Shown: positions 16,449 to 26,197, counted from the stretch's first letter. The stretch: DNA of 64,000 nucleotides from Acidimicrobiaceae bacterium (GCA_003159795.1 PLPK01000054.1:1519-65518), one strand, 5' to 3'. Made by a program: numbers and translations. The notes: generated by a model not told the origin, from the letters alone.

Positions 16449-18862
16449 CCGGCTTCAAATACGTCCGCTTTTTCGAGGAGATCGGGATTGAGGACGTGCC
16501 CATCGTCGGTGGCAAGAATGCCTCCCTCGGCGAGATGTACCAGAAACTGTCCCACCAGGGCGTCCGCATCCCCAACGGCTTTGCCATCACGGCCGAGGGC
16601 TACCGCCACATGCTGAAGGAAGCCGGGGCGCTCGCGCCGCTCCACGAGGCGATCGACAAGCTCGACCCCGAGGATGTCGCCGACCTCGCGCGCTGCGGCA
16701 AGCGCGCCCGGGAGATCGTCTACGGCGCCGGGCTGCCCAAGGACCTCGCCGACGAGATCATCGCCGCCTACCGCAAGCTCCAGGAGGAGTACGGGGACGA
16801 GGTGAGCCTGGCGGTGCGGTCGTCGGCGACGGCCGAGGACCTGCCGACGGCGAGCTTCGCCGGCCAGCAGGACACCTACCTCAACGTCCACGGGGACGAG
16901 AGCCTCCTCGACGCCTGCCGGCGCTGCTTCGCGAGCCTCTTCACCGACCGCGCCATCCACTACCGCGTTGACCAGGGATTCGACCACTTCGACGTGGCAC
17001 TGTCGATCGGCATCATGAAGATGGTGCGCTCGGACCTCGCCTCGTCGGGCGTCATGTTCTCGCTCGACACCGAGTCCGGCTTCCGGGACGTCGTCTTCGT
17101 CACCGGCGCCTACGGCCTCGGCGAGAACGTCGTCCAGGGCGCCGTCGACCCCGACGAGTACTACGTCTTCAAGACCACCTTCGAGCAAGGCCACCGCGCC
17201 GTGCTGCGCCGCCTCATCGGCGACAAGGCGATCAAGATGATCTTCGTCGAGGGCGAGCAGCGGGTGACGACCCGGAACGTCCCGACTCCCAAGGCCGACC
17301 GCGAGCGGTTCTGCCTGACCGACGAGGACGTCCTCGAGCTTGCCCAGTACGCGATCGCGATCGAGAAGCACTACAACCGGCCGATGGACATGGAATGGGC
17401 CAAGGACGGGCTCGACGGACTCCTCTACCTCGTCCAGGCCCGTCCCGAGACGGTCGCCTCGCAGCGCAAGGCGACGAGCCTCGAGACCTACGTCCTCGAC
17501 GGAACCGGCGAGATCCTCACCACCGGCCGCAGCGTCGGCGAGAAGATCGCCACGGGCAACGCACGCGTCATCGTCGACGTTTCCCACCTGGCGGACTTCA
17601 ACGCCGGCGAGGTGCTGATCACGGACATGACGACCCCGGACTGGGAGCCCGTCATGAAGACCGCCGCCGCGATCGTCACGAACCGAGGTGGGAGGACCTG
17701 CCACGCGGCGATCATCGCCCGCGAGCTCGGCATCCCGGCCATCATCGGCACGGGAGACTGCACCACGGCCGTCCCGCAGGGCACCCTCGTCACCGCGTCG
17801 TGCGCCGAGGGCGACTCCGGGCGCGTCTACAACGGCGAGATCCCGTTCCACGTCGTGCGCACCGAGGTCGAGGGCCTGGAGCGCCCCGAGACCGACATCA
17901 TGATCAACCTCGGCAACCCGGACCTCGCCTTCAAGACGTCGTTCCTGCCGAACGACGGTGTCGGGCTCGCCCGGATGGAGTTCATCATCAGCGAGTCGAT
18001 CAGGGCCCACCCGATGGCGCTTCTCCACCCGGAGAAGATCACGGATCCCGAGGCGGCCGCCACGATCGCCCGGCTCACCCGCGGCTACCCCGACGGCGAG
18101 ACGTTCTTCGTCGAGCGGCTCTCCGAGGGGATCGGCACCATCGCCGCGGCGTTCTGGCCCAAGCCCGTTGTCGTGCGCATGAGCGACTTCAAGACCAACG
18201 AGTACGCGAGTCTCCTCGGCGGCGCCGCCTTCGAGCCCGTCGAGAGCAACCCGATGATCGGCTGGCGCGGGGCATCCCGCTACGCACACCCGGCCTACGT
18301 CGAAGGCTTCGCCCTCGAGTGCAAGGCGATGAAGCGGGTCCGCGAGGACATGGGCCTCACGAACGTCATCCTCATGATCCCCTTCGTCCGCCGGGTGAAG
18401 GAGGCGGAGGCGGTGCTGGCCCAGATGGCCAAGCTCGGACTCTCCCGCGGGGAGAACGGCCTGAAGATCTACGCGATGTGCGAGATCCCGAACAACGTCG
18501 TCCTCGTGGACCAGTTCGCTCCCCTCTTCGACGGCTACTCGATCGGCTCGAACGACCTCACGCAGCTCTGCCTCGGCGTTGACCGTGACAGCGAGATCGT
18601 GGCGTTCGACTACGAAGAGCGCGACGACGGCGTGAAAGAGATGATTCGCCAGGCCGTCGAGGGATGCCACCGCAACAAGATCCACTCCGGCATCTGCGGG
18701 CAGGCACCCTCGGACTACCCGGAGATGGCCGAGTACCTCGTCGAGATCGGCATCGACTCGATGAGCCTCAACCCCGACACGGTGCTGAAGACGACCGAGG
18801 CCGTCCTGGAACTCGAGCGCAAGCTCGGCAAGGCCCCGAGCGGTCACAAGGCCGCCCACTAG
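16445..18862 (+). CDS. ppsA: phosphoenolpyruvate synthase (pyruvate, water dikinase)
   Basis: 'VGGKNASLGEM', 'VRSSATAEDLPTASFAGQQDT', phosphohistidine loop 'TNRGGRTCHAAIIARELGIPA', 'GICGQAPSDYPE'. Confidence 0.9.
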   Translation: MTGFKYVRFFEEIGIEDVPIVGGKNASLGEMYQKLSHQGVRIPNGFAITAEGYRHMLKEAGALAPLHEAIDKLDPEDVADLARCGKRAREIVYGAGLPKDLADEIIAAYRKLQEEYGDEVSLAVRSSATAEDLPTASFAGQQDTYLNVHGDESLLDACRRCFASLFTDRAIHYRVDQGFDHFDVALSIGIMKMVRSDLASSGVMFSLDTESGFRDVVFVTGAYGLGENVVQGAVDPDEYYVFKTTFEQGHRAVLRRLIGDKAIKMIFVEGEQRVTTRNVPTPKADRERFCLTDEDVLELAQYAIAIEKHYNRPMDMEWAKDGLDGLLYLVQARPETVASQRKATSLETYVLDGTGEILTTGRSVGEKIATGNARVIVDVSHLADFNAGEVLITDMTTPDWEPVMKTAAAIVTNRGGRTCHAAIIARELGIPAIIGTGDCTTAVPQGTLVTASCAEGDSGRVYNGEIPFHVVRTEVEGLERPETDIMINLGNPDLAFKTSFLPNDGVGLARMEFIISESIRAHPMALLHPEKITDPEAAATIARLTRGYPDGETFFVERLSEGIGTIAAAFWPKPVVVRMSDFKTNEYASLLGGAAFEPVESNPMIGWRGASRYAHPAYVEGFALECKAMKRVREDMGLTNVILMIPFVRRVKEAEAVLAQMAKLGLSRGENGLKIYAMCEIPNNVVLVDQFAPLFDGYSIGSNDLTQLCLGVDRDSEIVAFDYEERDDGVKEMIRQAVEGCHRNKIHSGICGQAPSDYPEMAEYLVEIGIDSMSLNPDTVLKTTEAVLELERKLGKAPSGHKAAH

Positions 18863-18923
18863 GAGCCACAGCACCCGTCGACCGCGACCGGCCCACAGGG
18901 ACGGAACGGCCGGGAGGCGACTT

Positions 18924-18956
18924 GGAACGGTCCGAGCCTCGTGCTCGGACCGTTCC
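18924..18956 (+). terminator. intrinsic-terminator-like hairpin downstream of ppsA (no U-tract)
   Basis: Perfect 14-bp stem 'GGAACGGTCCGAGC' / 'GCTCGGACCGTTCC' with a 5-nt loop, about 60 nt after the ppsA stop. Confidence 0.5.
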
Positions 18957-19019
18957 GCGTCCCGGGGCCGGTGTCACCGGCGACCTTCCGCCCGGCGAGC
19001 GGTGTGCGAGACTCGCGCC

Positions 19020-19292
19020 ATGTTCTGGTTGGTGATCGAGCTGATCCTCACGGGCCTCGTGGTCGGGGCCCTCGGCCGCCTCGTCGTTCCCGGCCCGAAC
19101 CCGATGGGCATCGGCGCGACAATTCTCGTCGGGCTCGCCGGGACGTTCCTCGGTGGGCTCCTCGGTCGCCTCGTCTTCGGGTGGCGATACGGCTACTCGT
19201 TCGGGCTCGGCCTCCTGCTCGCGGTGGGCTGCACGGCAGTGATCGTCCTCGCCCTGCAGCACCACGGGCGCGACCGCCAGCGCGTGGCCTGA
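19020..19292 (+). CDS. GlsB/YeaQ/YmgE-family (transglycosylase-associated) small membrane protein
   Basis: 'MFWLVIELILTGLVVGALGRLVVPGPNPMGIGATILVGLAGTFLGGLLG' matches the family pattern. Confidence 0.75.
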   Translation: MFWLVIELILTGLVVGALGRLVVPGPNPMGIGATILVGLAGTFLGGLLGRLVFGWRYGYSFGLGLLLAVGCTAVIVLALQHHGRDRQRVA

Positions 19293-19331
19293 CCCGGCGG
19301 GACCGCGGCCGCGGGGCCGAAGCCGGCGTGC

Positions 19332-20084
19332 TCAGGCGACGAGGATCCGCCCGCACTGCGCGCAGTGGACGATCTCGTCCGCCGGCGCGTGCCGGCTGTG
19401 GTCGAGCTCCGAAGCCGAGAGCGCCAGGTGACAGCCGCTACAGCAAGCGTTGACGAGCCGGGCCACCCCGACACCGTCGAGCCGCACCCGGAGTCGCTCG
19501 TACTCGTCCAGCAGTCCCGTCGGCACCTCCGCCGCGAGGTCGGCCCGGCGGATGGCGATCGTCGCGAGCTCGGTGTCGACCGCCGCCTCGGCCGACCCGA
19601 GGGCGGCGCGCAGCGACGCGATCTCACCGGCCAGCACGGCCCGTTCGCCCGCGAGCCGGTTGAGCTCCACCTCCAGCTCCTCGATGGCCTCCATCACGAC
19701 GAGCTGCTCATCGTCGAGCTCGCCGCGGCGGCGCCCGAGCAAGCCCATCTCCATCGCGATCGCCTCCTGGTCACGGAACGAGCCCACCTCGCCGGCGCGC
19801 AGCCGGTCGTCGATCCGGGTTGTCCGGCCCACGAGCTCGTCGACCTCGCCCGCCAGCTCGGCGAGGCGCGCCTCCTGGGCGCGTCGAGCGGCGTCGAGCT
19901 CCGCCGCCCCGGTGGCGTTCTTCTCGAGCCGCGCCTCGAGCCCGGCGAGCACGTTCCGCTCCGGAAGTCGCGCCCGGCGATGACGGAGCTGGTCGGCGGC
20001 CGTGTCGCCGTCCTGCACGGCGACCAGCACCTCGAGCGGAACCGAGGGGGCGGACCCGCCCCCAGTGGAGGTGGCCGTCGTCAT
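19332..20084 (-). CDS. coiled-coil protein with a C-terminal C4 zinc ribbon (DUF164/COG1579-like)
   Basis: Long heptad-like region. C-terminal 'CSGCHLALS...HCAQCGRILV'. The ATG at 20084 overlaps the upstream stop (ATGA). Confidence 0.65.
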   Translation of the reverse strand: MTTATSTGGGSAPSVPLEVLVAVQDGDTAADQLRHRRARLPERNVLAGLEARLEKNATGAAELDAARRAQEARLAELAGEVDELVGRTTRIDDRLRAGEVGSFRDQEAIAMEMGLLGRRRGELDDEQLVVMEAIEELEVELNRLAGERAVLAGEIASLRAALGSAEAAVDTELATIAIRRADLAAEVPTGLLDEYERLRVRLDGVGVARLVNACCSGCHLALSASELDHSRHAPADEIVHCAQCGRILVA

Positions 20085-20845
20085 CGGCGCAGCCGGCGGT
20101 GGGGGGACTCGGCTCGGGCAGCGAGGAGCTCGGTGAGGAGTTCCGAGCTCGCCGCGGCGACCGGGCTGCGCCGCTCGTCGTGGGCCCGCACGACGAGCTC
20201 CCGCCCCGACGCCTCCCCCACCGCGGCGCCCGCTTCGGTGCAGACGAGCATGCCGCCGAGATAGTCCCAGACCCCGAGACCGTCCTGCCCCCACTCGGCG
20301 AAAGCGTCGAGGCTGCCGTCGGCGACGGCACAGAGCTCGAGCGCCGCGGCGCCGAGGCTACGCAGCTGGCGCCAGCCGATGTCCCGGGGCGGATAGCCCG
20401 AGACGCTGACGACGGCGTCGGCGAGCGAGGTGACCTTGGACGGCGCGATCGGGCGCCCGTCGCGGGTCGCGCCTCGGCCCCGCACGGCCTCATAGCAAGA
20501 GAAGCGGGCCTGGTTGACGACGAGCGCGACGTAGGGGCCCACCTCGTCGAGCACGCAGATGCTGGTCGCGTACCAGTGCAGCCCCCGGGAGGCATTCGTC
20601 GAGCCGTCGATCGGGTCGATGACGGCGAGGTACTGGCGGTCCCCCTCGGTCACCCCGCTCTCCTCGCTGAGCACGCCGAGGCCGGCGCCGAGGAGCACCT
20701 CGCAGGCGGCGGCATCGGCGACGAGGTCGATGCGGTACTGACCCGGCCGGTCCCCAGGCAACGACCAGTCGTCTTCGAAGGCGACCACCCGCGCGACGGC
20801 GTAGGCAGCCGCCGACAACGCTGCGAGAATCTCCTCGGCCTGCAC
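20081..20845 (-). CDS. inositol monophosphatase family protein (SuhB/ImpA/HisN-like)
   Basis: 'LSEESG', 'AVIDPIDGSTNA', 'WDYLGGMLVCTEAG' (IMPase metal-binding motifs). Confidence 0.8.
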   Translation of the reverse strand: MQAEEILAALSAAAYAVARVVAFEDDWSLPGDRPGQYRIDLVADAAACEVLLGAGLGVLSEESGVTEGDRQYLAVIDPIDGSTNASRGLHWYATSICVLDEVGPYVALVVNQARFSCYEAVRGRGATRDGRPIAPSKVTSLADAVVSVSGYPPRDIGWRQLRSLGAAALELCAVADGSLDAFAEWGQDGLGVWDYLGGMLVCTEAGAAVGEASGRELVVRAHDERRSPVAAASSELLTELLAARAESPHRRLRR

Positions 20846-20951
20846 CGCGCCCAGGTTACCGGCGGGGAGGACGGCAATCCGAACTCCGGCCGGGCGGGCA
20901 CGTTCGGCGAGCGGCGAGCGCCACGGGCCCGCCGCCTACACTCGCAGATCG

Positions 20952-21512
20952 ATGGCGGTCATCGATGTCGCCGGCTATGTCGCCGAGCTGAAGGACCACG
21001 CGGTCGAGCACGGCTTCCACGTGCACGACGAGCGGCACTTCGTCGAGACCTACTCGCTGCGCCAGTTCTGGGAGGTCGACCTCCACCCCGAGGAGGGCTG
21101 CGGCGGTCCGATCGACCTCCATCTGGCGCTCGAGGTCGACCCGCGCACGCTCCTCGACTTCGAGGACGCCGTCGTGGCGCTGCCCGACGACGCCGATCCG
21201 CCGGACAAGTGGGCCTTCCCGCTGACCTTCACCTGGGGTATCCCACCGCTGCCGCACGGGCCGGACCTGTTGCGGCTCGCGATCGACCTCGCCGGGATCG
21301 GCGGCATCGAGCTCCCCCTCGAGATCTCGGCGACGGACTCCTTCGGTTCGGTGACGGACCCCCCGGTGCGGCGGCTGACCATCGTCGCCCACCGGGACGT
21401 CTCGCTCGCGCGCGTGCTGGCCGGCGAGGAGCTCCTGTGCGACGCCTTCGACCGCACGCTCGCCGTCAGCCGCTTCCTGCTCGAGGCCGCGCCGGCCTGG
21501 CTCGCGTCCTAG
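20952..21512 (+). CDS. hypothetical protein
   Basis: 186-aa ORF with host-like codon usage. No motif recognised. Confidence 0.4.
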   Translation: MAVIDVAGYVAELKDHAVEHGFHVHDERHFVETYSLRQFWEVDLHPEEGCGGPIDLHLALEVDPRTLLDFEDAVVALPDDADPPDKWAFPLTFTWGIPPLPHGPDLLRLAIDLAGIGGIELPLEISATDSFGSVTDPPVRRLTIVAHRDVSLARVLAGEELLCDAFDRTLAVSRFLLEAAPAWLAS

Positions 21513-21542
21513 CCTAGGACCACACCCCGGGCCGAGGTGGTC

Positions 21543-22334
21543 CTAGAACCGCTCCAGCCAACGCGTGTCGTCCCAGAGGCGCACCCCGCCGATGATGCCG
21601 GCCAGGTTGTCGACGACCGTGTACGGCTCCTGCACGGCTCCCCGCAGGTGGCGCGAGTTCCCACCACCGAGGTAGCAGTGGTCGAAGTTCGTGAGCACCC
21701 GGAAGTTCTCGAGCGCGATCATGACGCGGCGACGCCACCTCCTCGGGCCGATCCGCTGGAGCGGAGCCTCGCCGAGCTGCTGGTTGTAGGTCTGGCCGTT
21801 GCGGAACGGCTGGTGGGCGAGCTCCAGGTGCGGCATGAGCACGCCGTCGTAGAAAAGGGCGGTCCCGACCCCGGTCCCGAACGTCACGACGAACTCGAGC
21901 CCGGTGCCCTCGACGACGGCGAGACCCTGCAGGTCGGCGTCGTTGGCGACCCGGGTCGGCTTCCCCAAGGCCGCGGCGAGCGCGGCCGCGAGGTCGAACC
22001 CCGACCAGGCGGCGACGAGGCCCGGGTCGACCCGTGAGCCGAGCCCCCGCTCCGTCACGAACTGCGGCGCCGTGAGCATGCGACCCCGCCGCACGACCCC
22101 GGGGAGCCCGACCGAGACGCGGTCGTGGGCCGGGAGGGGGCGGACGAGCTCGACGAGGGTCGCGATAAACCGCTCGGGTGGCAGCGGGTACGGCGTCGGC
22201 ACGGTCACTCGGTCGGCGACGAGGTGCTCGCCCGTGTCGAGCACCGAGGCCTTCAACCCGGTCCCGCCGGCGTCAATCGCCAGCGTGTACGGCCGGTGCG
22301 GCGTCTCGCCGCCGCCGGTTCCCTCGCGACTCAT
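21543..22334 (-). CDS. ppgK: ROK-family sugar kinase, polyphosphate glucokinase-like
   Basis: 'LAIDAGGTGLKASVLD', 'VANDADLQGLA', 'TFGTGVGTALF', about 260 aa without the Cys-rich ROK zinc motif, as in PPGKs. Confidence 0.7.
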   Translation of the reverse strand: MSREGTGGGETPHRPYTLAIDAGGTGLKASVLDTGEHLVADRVTVPTPYPLPPERFIATLVELVRPLPAHDRVSVGLPGVVRRGRMLTAPQFVTERGLGSRVDPGLVAAWSGFDLAAALAAALGKPTRVANDADLQGLAVVEGTGLEFVVTFGTGVGTALFYDGVLMPHLELAHQPFRNGQTYNQQLGEAPLQRIGPRRWRRRVMIALENFRVLTNFDHCYLGGGNSRHLRGAVQEPYTVVDNLAGIIGGVRLWDDTRWLERF

Positions 22335-23830
22335 CGCAGCAACTCCCTCCCCGCCGCGGGGGCACCCACGGCGCTACCCAGCGCTTCGTACGTCGCGAGC
22401 AGTTCGAGCAGCGTCCGCACGCCGAAGCCCGTGCCACCCTTGCGGACGTAGCCGTTGCTCTCCTCGACCCAGCTCGGCCCGGCGACGTCGAGGTGTGCCC
22501 AGGGCGTCGTGCCGACGAACTCCTGGAGGATGAGCCCGCCGACGAGGGCGGCACCCTCACCGGGGATACCGAGGTTCTTCATGTCGGCCACCTCCGAGTC
22601 GAAGCTCGAGCGGTAGCCGGCGGGCAGCGGCAGGCGCCAGACCGGCTCGCCGGCGCGGGCAGACGCATTCTCCACCGCGACGAGGATCCGGTCGTCGTTG
22701 CCCATCAGTCCGGCGATCCGCCTCCCGAGGGCGCCGACGACGGCAGCGGTCAGCGTCGCGACGTCGACGATCGCGTCGGGCGACTCCTCGGCCGCGAGGC
22801 AGAGGGCGTCTGCCAGCACGAGCCGCCCCTCGCAGTCGGTGTTCAGCACCTCGATCGTCTTGCCGTTGCGGATCCGCACGACGTCGCCGGGCTTGATCGC
22901 CCGCCCGTCGGGCATGTTCTCCGTCATCGGCATGATGCCGACCACGCGCACGCCGACGCCGAGCCGCCGGCAGGCGCCGAGCACGGCGAGCACCGCGGCC
23001 GCCCCGCTCATGTCGTGCTTCATCGTCATCATCGACACGGCGGGCTTCAGCGACAGCCCCCCGGAGTCGAAGGTGATCCCCTTGCCGACGAGGATCACGG
23101 TGGGCGCCGCGGGGTCGTCGGGCCGGTACTCGCCCCGTACGAGACACGACGGCTCCGCCGAGCCCCGTGCGACGCCCGCGAGGCCCCCGAGACCCGCCGT
23201 GGCGATCTCCTCGGCTCCCCAGATCTCGACCGCGAATCCCTGCCGGCCCCCCTCGTCGCGGGCGATCTCGGCGAAGGCGCCCGGCGTGAGCTCACCGGAC
23301 GGCGTGTTCACGAGGTCACGCGCGAACGCCACCGCCCCCGCGGTGACAGCGCCGCGGGCGCACCCCGCGCCGAGCCCGACGCCATCCGGGTCGACGAGCA
23401 CGACGCGGCGCAGGTCAGGCACCTTGGGCTCGCTTTTCAGACGGGTGAACCGATAGGCGCCGAGCAGCACCCCCTCGGTGACGGCGCAGCCGACCCGGGC
23501 CGGATCGAGGGGCCCGCGCGCCACACCGGACACATCCAGGGCGACCGAGTCGCAGTGCTCGGTCGCGGCGGCGAGCGCCGCCCCGAGCCGCCGACACGCC
23601 TCGGCGTCGAGCTCGCCCAGCTTGCCCATCCCGACGACGACCTCGAGCGCGCCGTCGGGGGCGGTGAACGTCGCCGTCCCGCCGAGCGCGCCCGTGCACC
23701 CCTGTTTCGCGAGGAGGGTCGCATCGGCCGGCTCCGACCCGTCCGGCGCGACGGGGCCGGTGAACACCGGCCGCGCCCGTGCCGCGACATCTCCCGGAAC
23801 CGCCGCCGCACCCTCGACTGCCACGGTCAT
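22331..23830 (-). CDS. pepA: leucyl aminopeptidase (M17)
   Basis: 'VGKGITFDSGGLSLKP', 'MKHDMSGAAAV', 'NTDCEGRLVLADAL'. Confidence 0.9.
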   Translation of the reverse strand: MTVAVEGAAAVPGDVAARARPVFTGPVAPDGSEPADATLLAKQGCTGALGGTATFTAPDGALEVVVGMGKLGELDAEACRRLGAALAAATEHCDSVALDVSGVARGPLDPARVGCAVTEGVLLGAYRFTRLKSEPKVPDLRRVVLVDPDGVGLGAGCARGAVTAGAVAFARDLVNTPSGELTPGAFAEIARDEGGRQGFAVEIWGAEEIATAGLGGLAGVARGSAEPSCLVRGEYRPDDPAAPTVILVGKGITFDSGGLSLKPAVSMMTMKHDMSGAAAVLAVLGACRRLGVGVRVVGIMPMTENMPDGRAIKPGDVVRIRNGKTIEVLNTDCEGRLVLADALCLAAEESPDAIVDVATLTAAVVGALGRRIAGLMGNDDRILVAVENASARAGEPVWRLPLPAGYRSSFDSEVADMKNLGIPGEGAALVGGLILQEFVGTTPWAHLDVAGPSWVEESNGYVRKGGTGFGVRTLLELLATYEALGSAVGAPAAGRELLR

Positions 23831-23835
23831 CGCCC

Positions 23836-24366
23836 TCAGTCCTCTTCTTTCTTCTCACGGGCGGGCCGGAGGGCGTCTTCGGCCTCCCGGGCGAGTGCCC
23901 AACACAGATCCGAAAGCCGGTTCACGTAGGCGAGCACCAGGCCCGCCCCGTTCCCCTCTGCCGCCACCAGACGGCGCTCGGCGCGCCGCACGACCGTGCG
24001 CGCCGAATCGAGCGCCGCGGCAAGGCGGTTCTCGCCCGGCAGGGCGAACCCGTCGATCCTGCCGAGTCCCGCCGCGTGGGCATCGATCGTCGCCTCGAGC
24101 GCGGCGACCATCGCCGGCGTGACCGTCTCCTTGGCGCCGCCGGGCGCGGCCACCTCGCCCATCACGGCCCACAGGTCGCGTTCGAGACCGGCGAGGAGGC
24201 CATTGAGGCTACCCCCTCGCGAACACTCGGCGCGGGCGACGCCGAGCGCCGCCTGGGCCTCGTCGAGCGCGCCGAGCGCCTCCACGAGGCCGTGGGACTT
24301 GGCGACCCGGGCGCCGCCACGCAGCGACGTCGTCCCGTCGTCGCCCCGGCGCGTGTAGATCCTCAC
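23836..24366 (-). CDS. PduO-type ATP:cob(I)alamin adenosyltransferase
   Basis: 'VRIYTRRGDDGTTSL', 'EALGALDEAQAALG', 'FALPGENRLAAALDSARTVVRRAER'. The GTG start overlaps the upstream stop (GTGA). The 426-aa ORF in the track is over-extended. Confidence 0.8.
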   Translation of the reverse strand: MRIYTRRGDDGTTSLRGGARVAKSHGLVEALGALDEAQAALGVARAECSRGGSLNGLLAGLERDLWAVMGEVAAPGGAKETVTPAMVAALEATIDAHAAGLGRIDGFALPGENRLAAALDSARTVVRRAERRLVAAEGNGAGLVLAYVNRLSDLCWALAREAEDALRPAREKKEED

Positions 24367-25547
24367 GGGAGCACCCCCAGAAGCGGCACGAGCTCCTCGG
24401 CCGGGGTGAGTGAGCCGTGGCGCGACCGCAGCCGCACCTCCCCCGGGTCGGCGGGGTCGGCGAAGGAGACCGCCCCCCGGGCGACCAGGGCGACGTCGCC
24501 GACGCGCCGGCGGAAGGCGTCGGAGAGCGGCCGGCCGAACCAACCGGCGTCGTCGATCTCCGCGAGGGTGCGCACCCAGGCGACCCCGCCGTAGAGCTCC
24601 CGGGCGGCGGCCGCCACTCGTTCGGCCGCCCCGTCCCGCACGTGGAGCCAGCGGAACCTCCCCTCGCCGGAGAGTCCCGTCACGTCCTCCATGAGGCCAG
24701 GATCGAGGCCGAGCGGCGGCGAGTCCGTCTCGACCTGGCCGTGGTCCGAGGTGACCGCGAGGCCGCACCCAGCCGGCAGGCGGTTGGCGAGGTCCTCGAC
24801 GAGCCGGTCCACCGCGGCGAGCTCGGCTTCGTAGCATTCCCCGAGCCCCTCGGTGTGGGCGACCTTGTCGATCCCGTCGTAGTAGGCGTAGACGAACGGC
24901 GCGCCGCTGGCGAGGGCCCGCTGGACGAAGACGGCTATCGACGAGCTCACCCGCCAGGGGTAGAGGTCCGGGGCCCCGAGGTGCGCCTGTGAGAAGCCCG
25001 AGCCGGCGAAGGCGGCGTGCGAGACGACCGGGACGCGTCGGCCGAGGAACGGCTCGACCGGCTGGAACGCCCGGGGGCGGATCTCGGTACGGGCGTCGCC
25101 CGCGCCGGTCGTCCACCGCAGGACGCTCAGCACCTCACCCCCGACCCGCAGGCGGTAGCCGAGCACGCCGTGGTCCGCCGGCGCCCGCCCGGTCGTGAGC
25201 GACGTGAGGGCGGCGGCCGTCGTCGTCGGCGCCACCGAGGTGATCGTCGTCGACGCGCAGCTCGACATCACCGGGGTGGCCGACCGGTGCTCAGCGAGGC
25301 TGCGAGCGCCGAGGCCGTCGAGGACGAGAAGGACGACCTGCGCGGCACCGGCCAGTGGCGCGGGCAGCCACGCCGGAAGAGCGTCGGCCTCGCGCAGGGC
25401 ATCGAGCCGGAGCAGCGTCGGGACGACCTCCGTCAGACACGCCCCGCCGTAGTCGGGGCGAAGCGGCTCGTCCGGGTCCCCGTGCACATCCCACGTCGCC
25501 GCGCCGCCAGCCGGATAAGCCGACGACCCGTTCACCGGCCAGAGCAT
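24363..25547 (-). CDS. alkaline-phosphatase-superfamily protein (nucleotide pyrophosphatase/phosphodiesterase-like)
   Basis: 'VLLVLDGLGARSL', 'ITSVAPTTTAAALTSLTTG', 'LAVTSDHGQVE' (metal/nucleophile motifs of the AlkP superfamily). Confidence 0.65.
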   Translation of the reverse strand: MLWPVNGSSAYPAGGAATWDVHGDPDEPLRPDYGGACLTEVVPTLLRLDALREADALPAWLPAPLAGAAQVVLLVLDGLGARSLAEHRSATPVMSSCASTTITSVAPTTTAAALTSLTTGRAPADHGVLGYRLRVGGEVLSVLRWTTGAGDARTEIRPRAFQPVEPFLGRRVPVVSHAAFAGSGFSQAHLGAPDLYPWRVSSSIAVFVQRALASGAPFVYAYYDGIDKVAHTEGLGECYEAELAAVDRLVEDLANRLPAGCGLAVTSDHGQVETDSPPLGLDPGLMEDVTGLSGEGRFRWLHVRDGAAERVAAAARELYGGVAWVRTLAEIDDAGWFGRPLSDAFRRRVGDVALVARGAVSFADPADPGEVRLRSRHGSLTPAEELVPLLGVLP

Positions 25548-25582
25548 ACGACGGCCCTCAGATGCGCCGTACCATGGTCCCA

Positions 25583-25880
25583 GTGAGGGTTTCGGCGCGC
25601 GGCGACTACGCCTGCCGGGCACCTGTGTCACTCGCGTTGCGCGGCGTCGGCGGTGGCTACGTGCTCGCCCGGCCGGCCGAGGTGATCACGCTCGGCGCGA
25701 TTGTCTCGGCGGTCGATGGCCCGATCGCCGTCGGCGACTTCGGCCCGCCCCACGAAAACGGCGCGTGCGACCACAAGGGCCAGTGCGTGCTGCTCGACCT
25801 TTGGGCTGACTTTGGGAGCACATGCGTCGCCACCTCGGCTCGTTCCGCCTGAGCGACGTGGTCGCCCGCGCTCCCAACGC
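25583..25880 (+). pseudogene. degraded Rrf2-family transcriptional regulator (internal deletion of the HTH plus a C-terminal frameshift)
   Basis: It starts 'VRVSARGDYACRA' and jumps directly to 'GGGYVLARPAEVITLGAIVSAVDGP'. The family-typical tail 'MRRHLGSFRLSDVV' is in a different frame after ~25815. Confidence 0.5.
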
Positions 25881-26197
25881 GGTCCCGGCGGGCCGCGGCA
25901 CGCGCCTAACCCGGCCCGGACCGCAAACTCTCTGTAGAGGCGGCCTCTCCCGCCCCCTGGCGGGCGTCCGCGACCACCGACCCCGGGTCACGACCTCACC
26001 CGGCGGCCGCGGAAGCACCCGGATCCGCTGGACCGGCCGGCGATGGAATGCAGCCGCCCCCGGTGGTGTTGGACAAGGTGCCGGGCCGTCCTGAAGGACC
26101 GGCAGCCTGAGATCCAGGCGCGAGGAACGGAGACGACGCCATCACCACGACATATGCGGACGAGGCGGTTGAGCACGCCAGTGGGGGCCCCGACCTC

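Noticed and set aside
16424-18874. 816-aa ORF antisense to ppsA. Similar very long antisense or alternate-frame ORFs occur elsewhere: 22178-23929, 36127-37905, 39755-41638, 54704-56725, 19820-21517, 12395-13648.
   Set aside because: Their translations are Arg/Gly/Asp/His-rich low-complexity sequence with no motifs. They lie opposite genes with unambiguous conserved motifs. Stop-free antisense frames are expected at this G+C content.
23836-25116. 426-aa ORF covering the PduO-type adenosyltransferase and half of the AlkP-family gene.
   Set aside because: Only the last 176 aa carry PduO motifs. The upstream part overlaps the well-supported 24363-25547 gene in another frame. A GTG start at 24366 overlaps that gene's stop.
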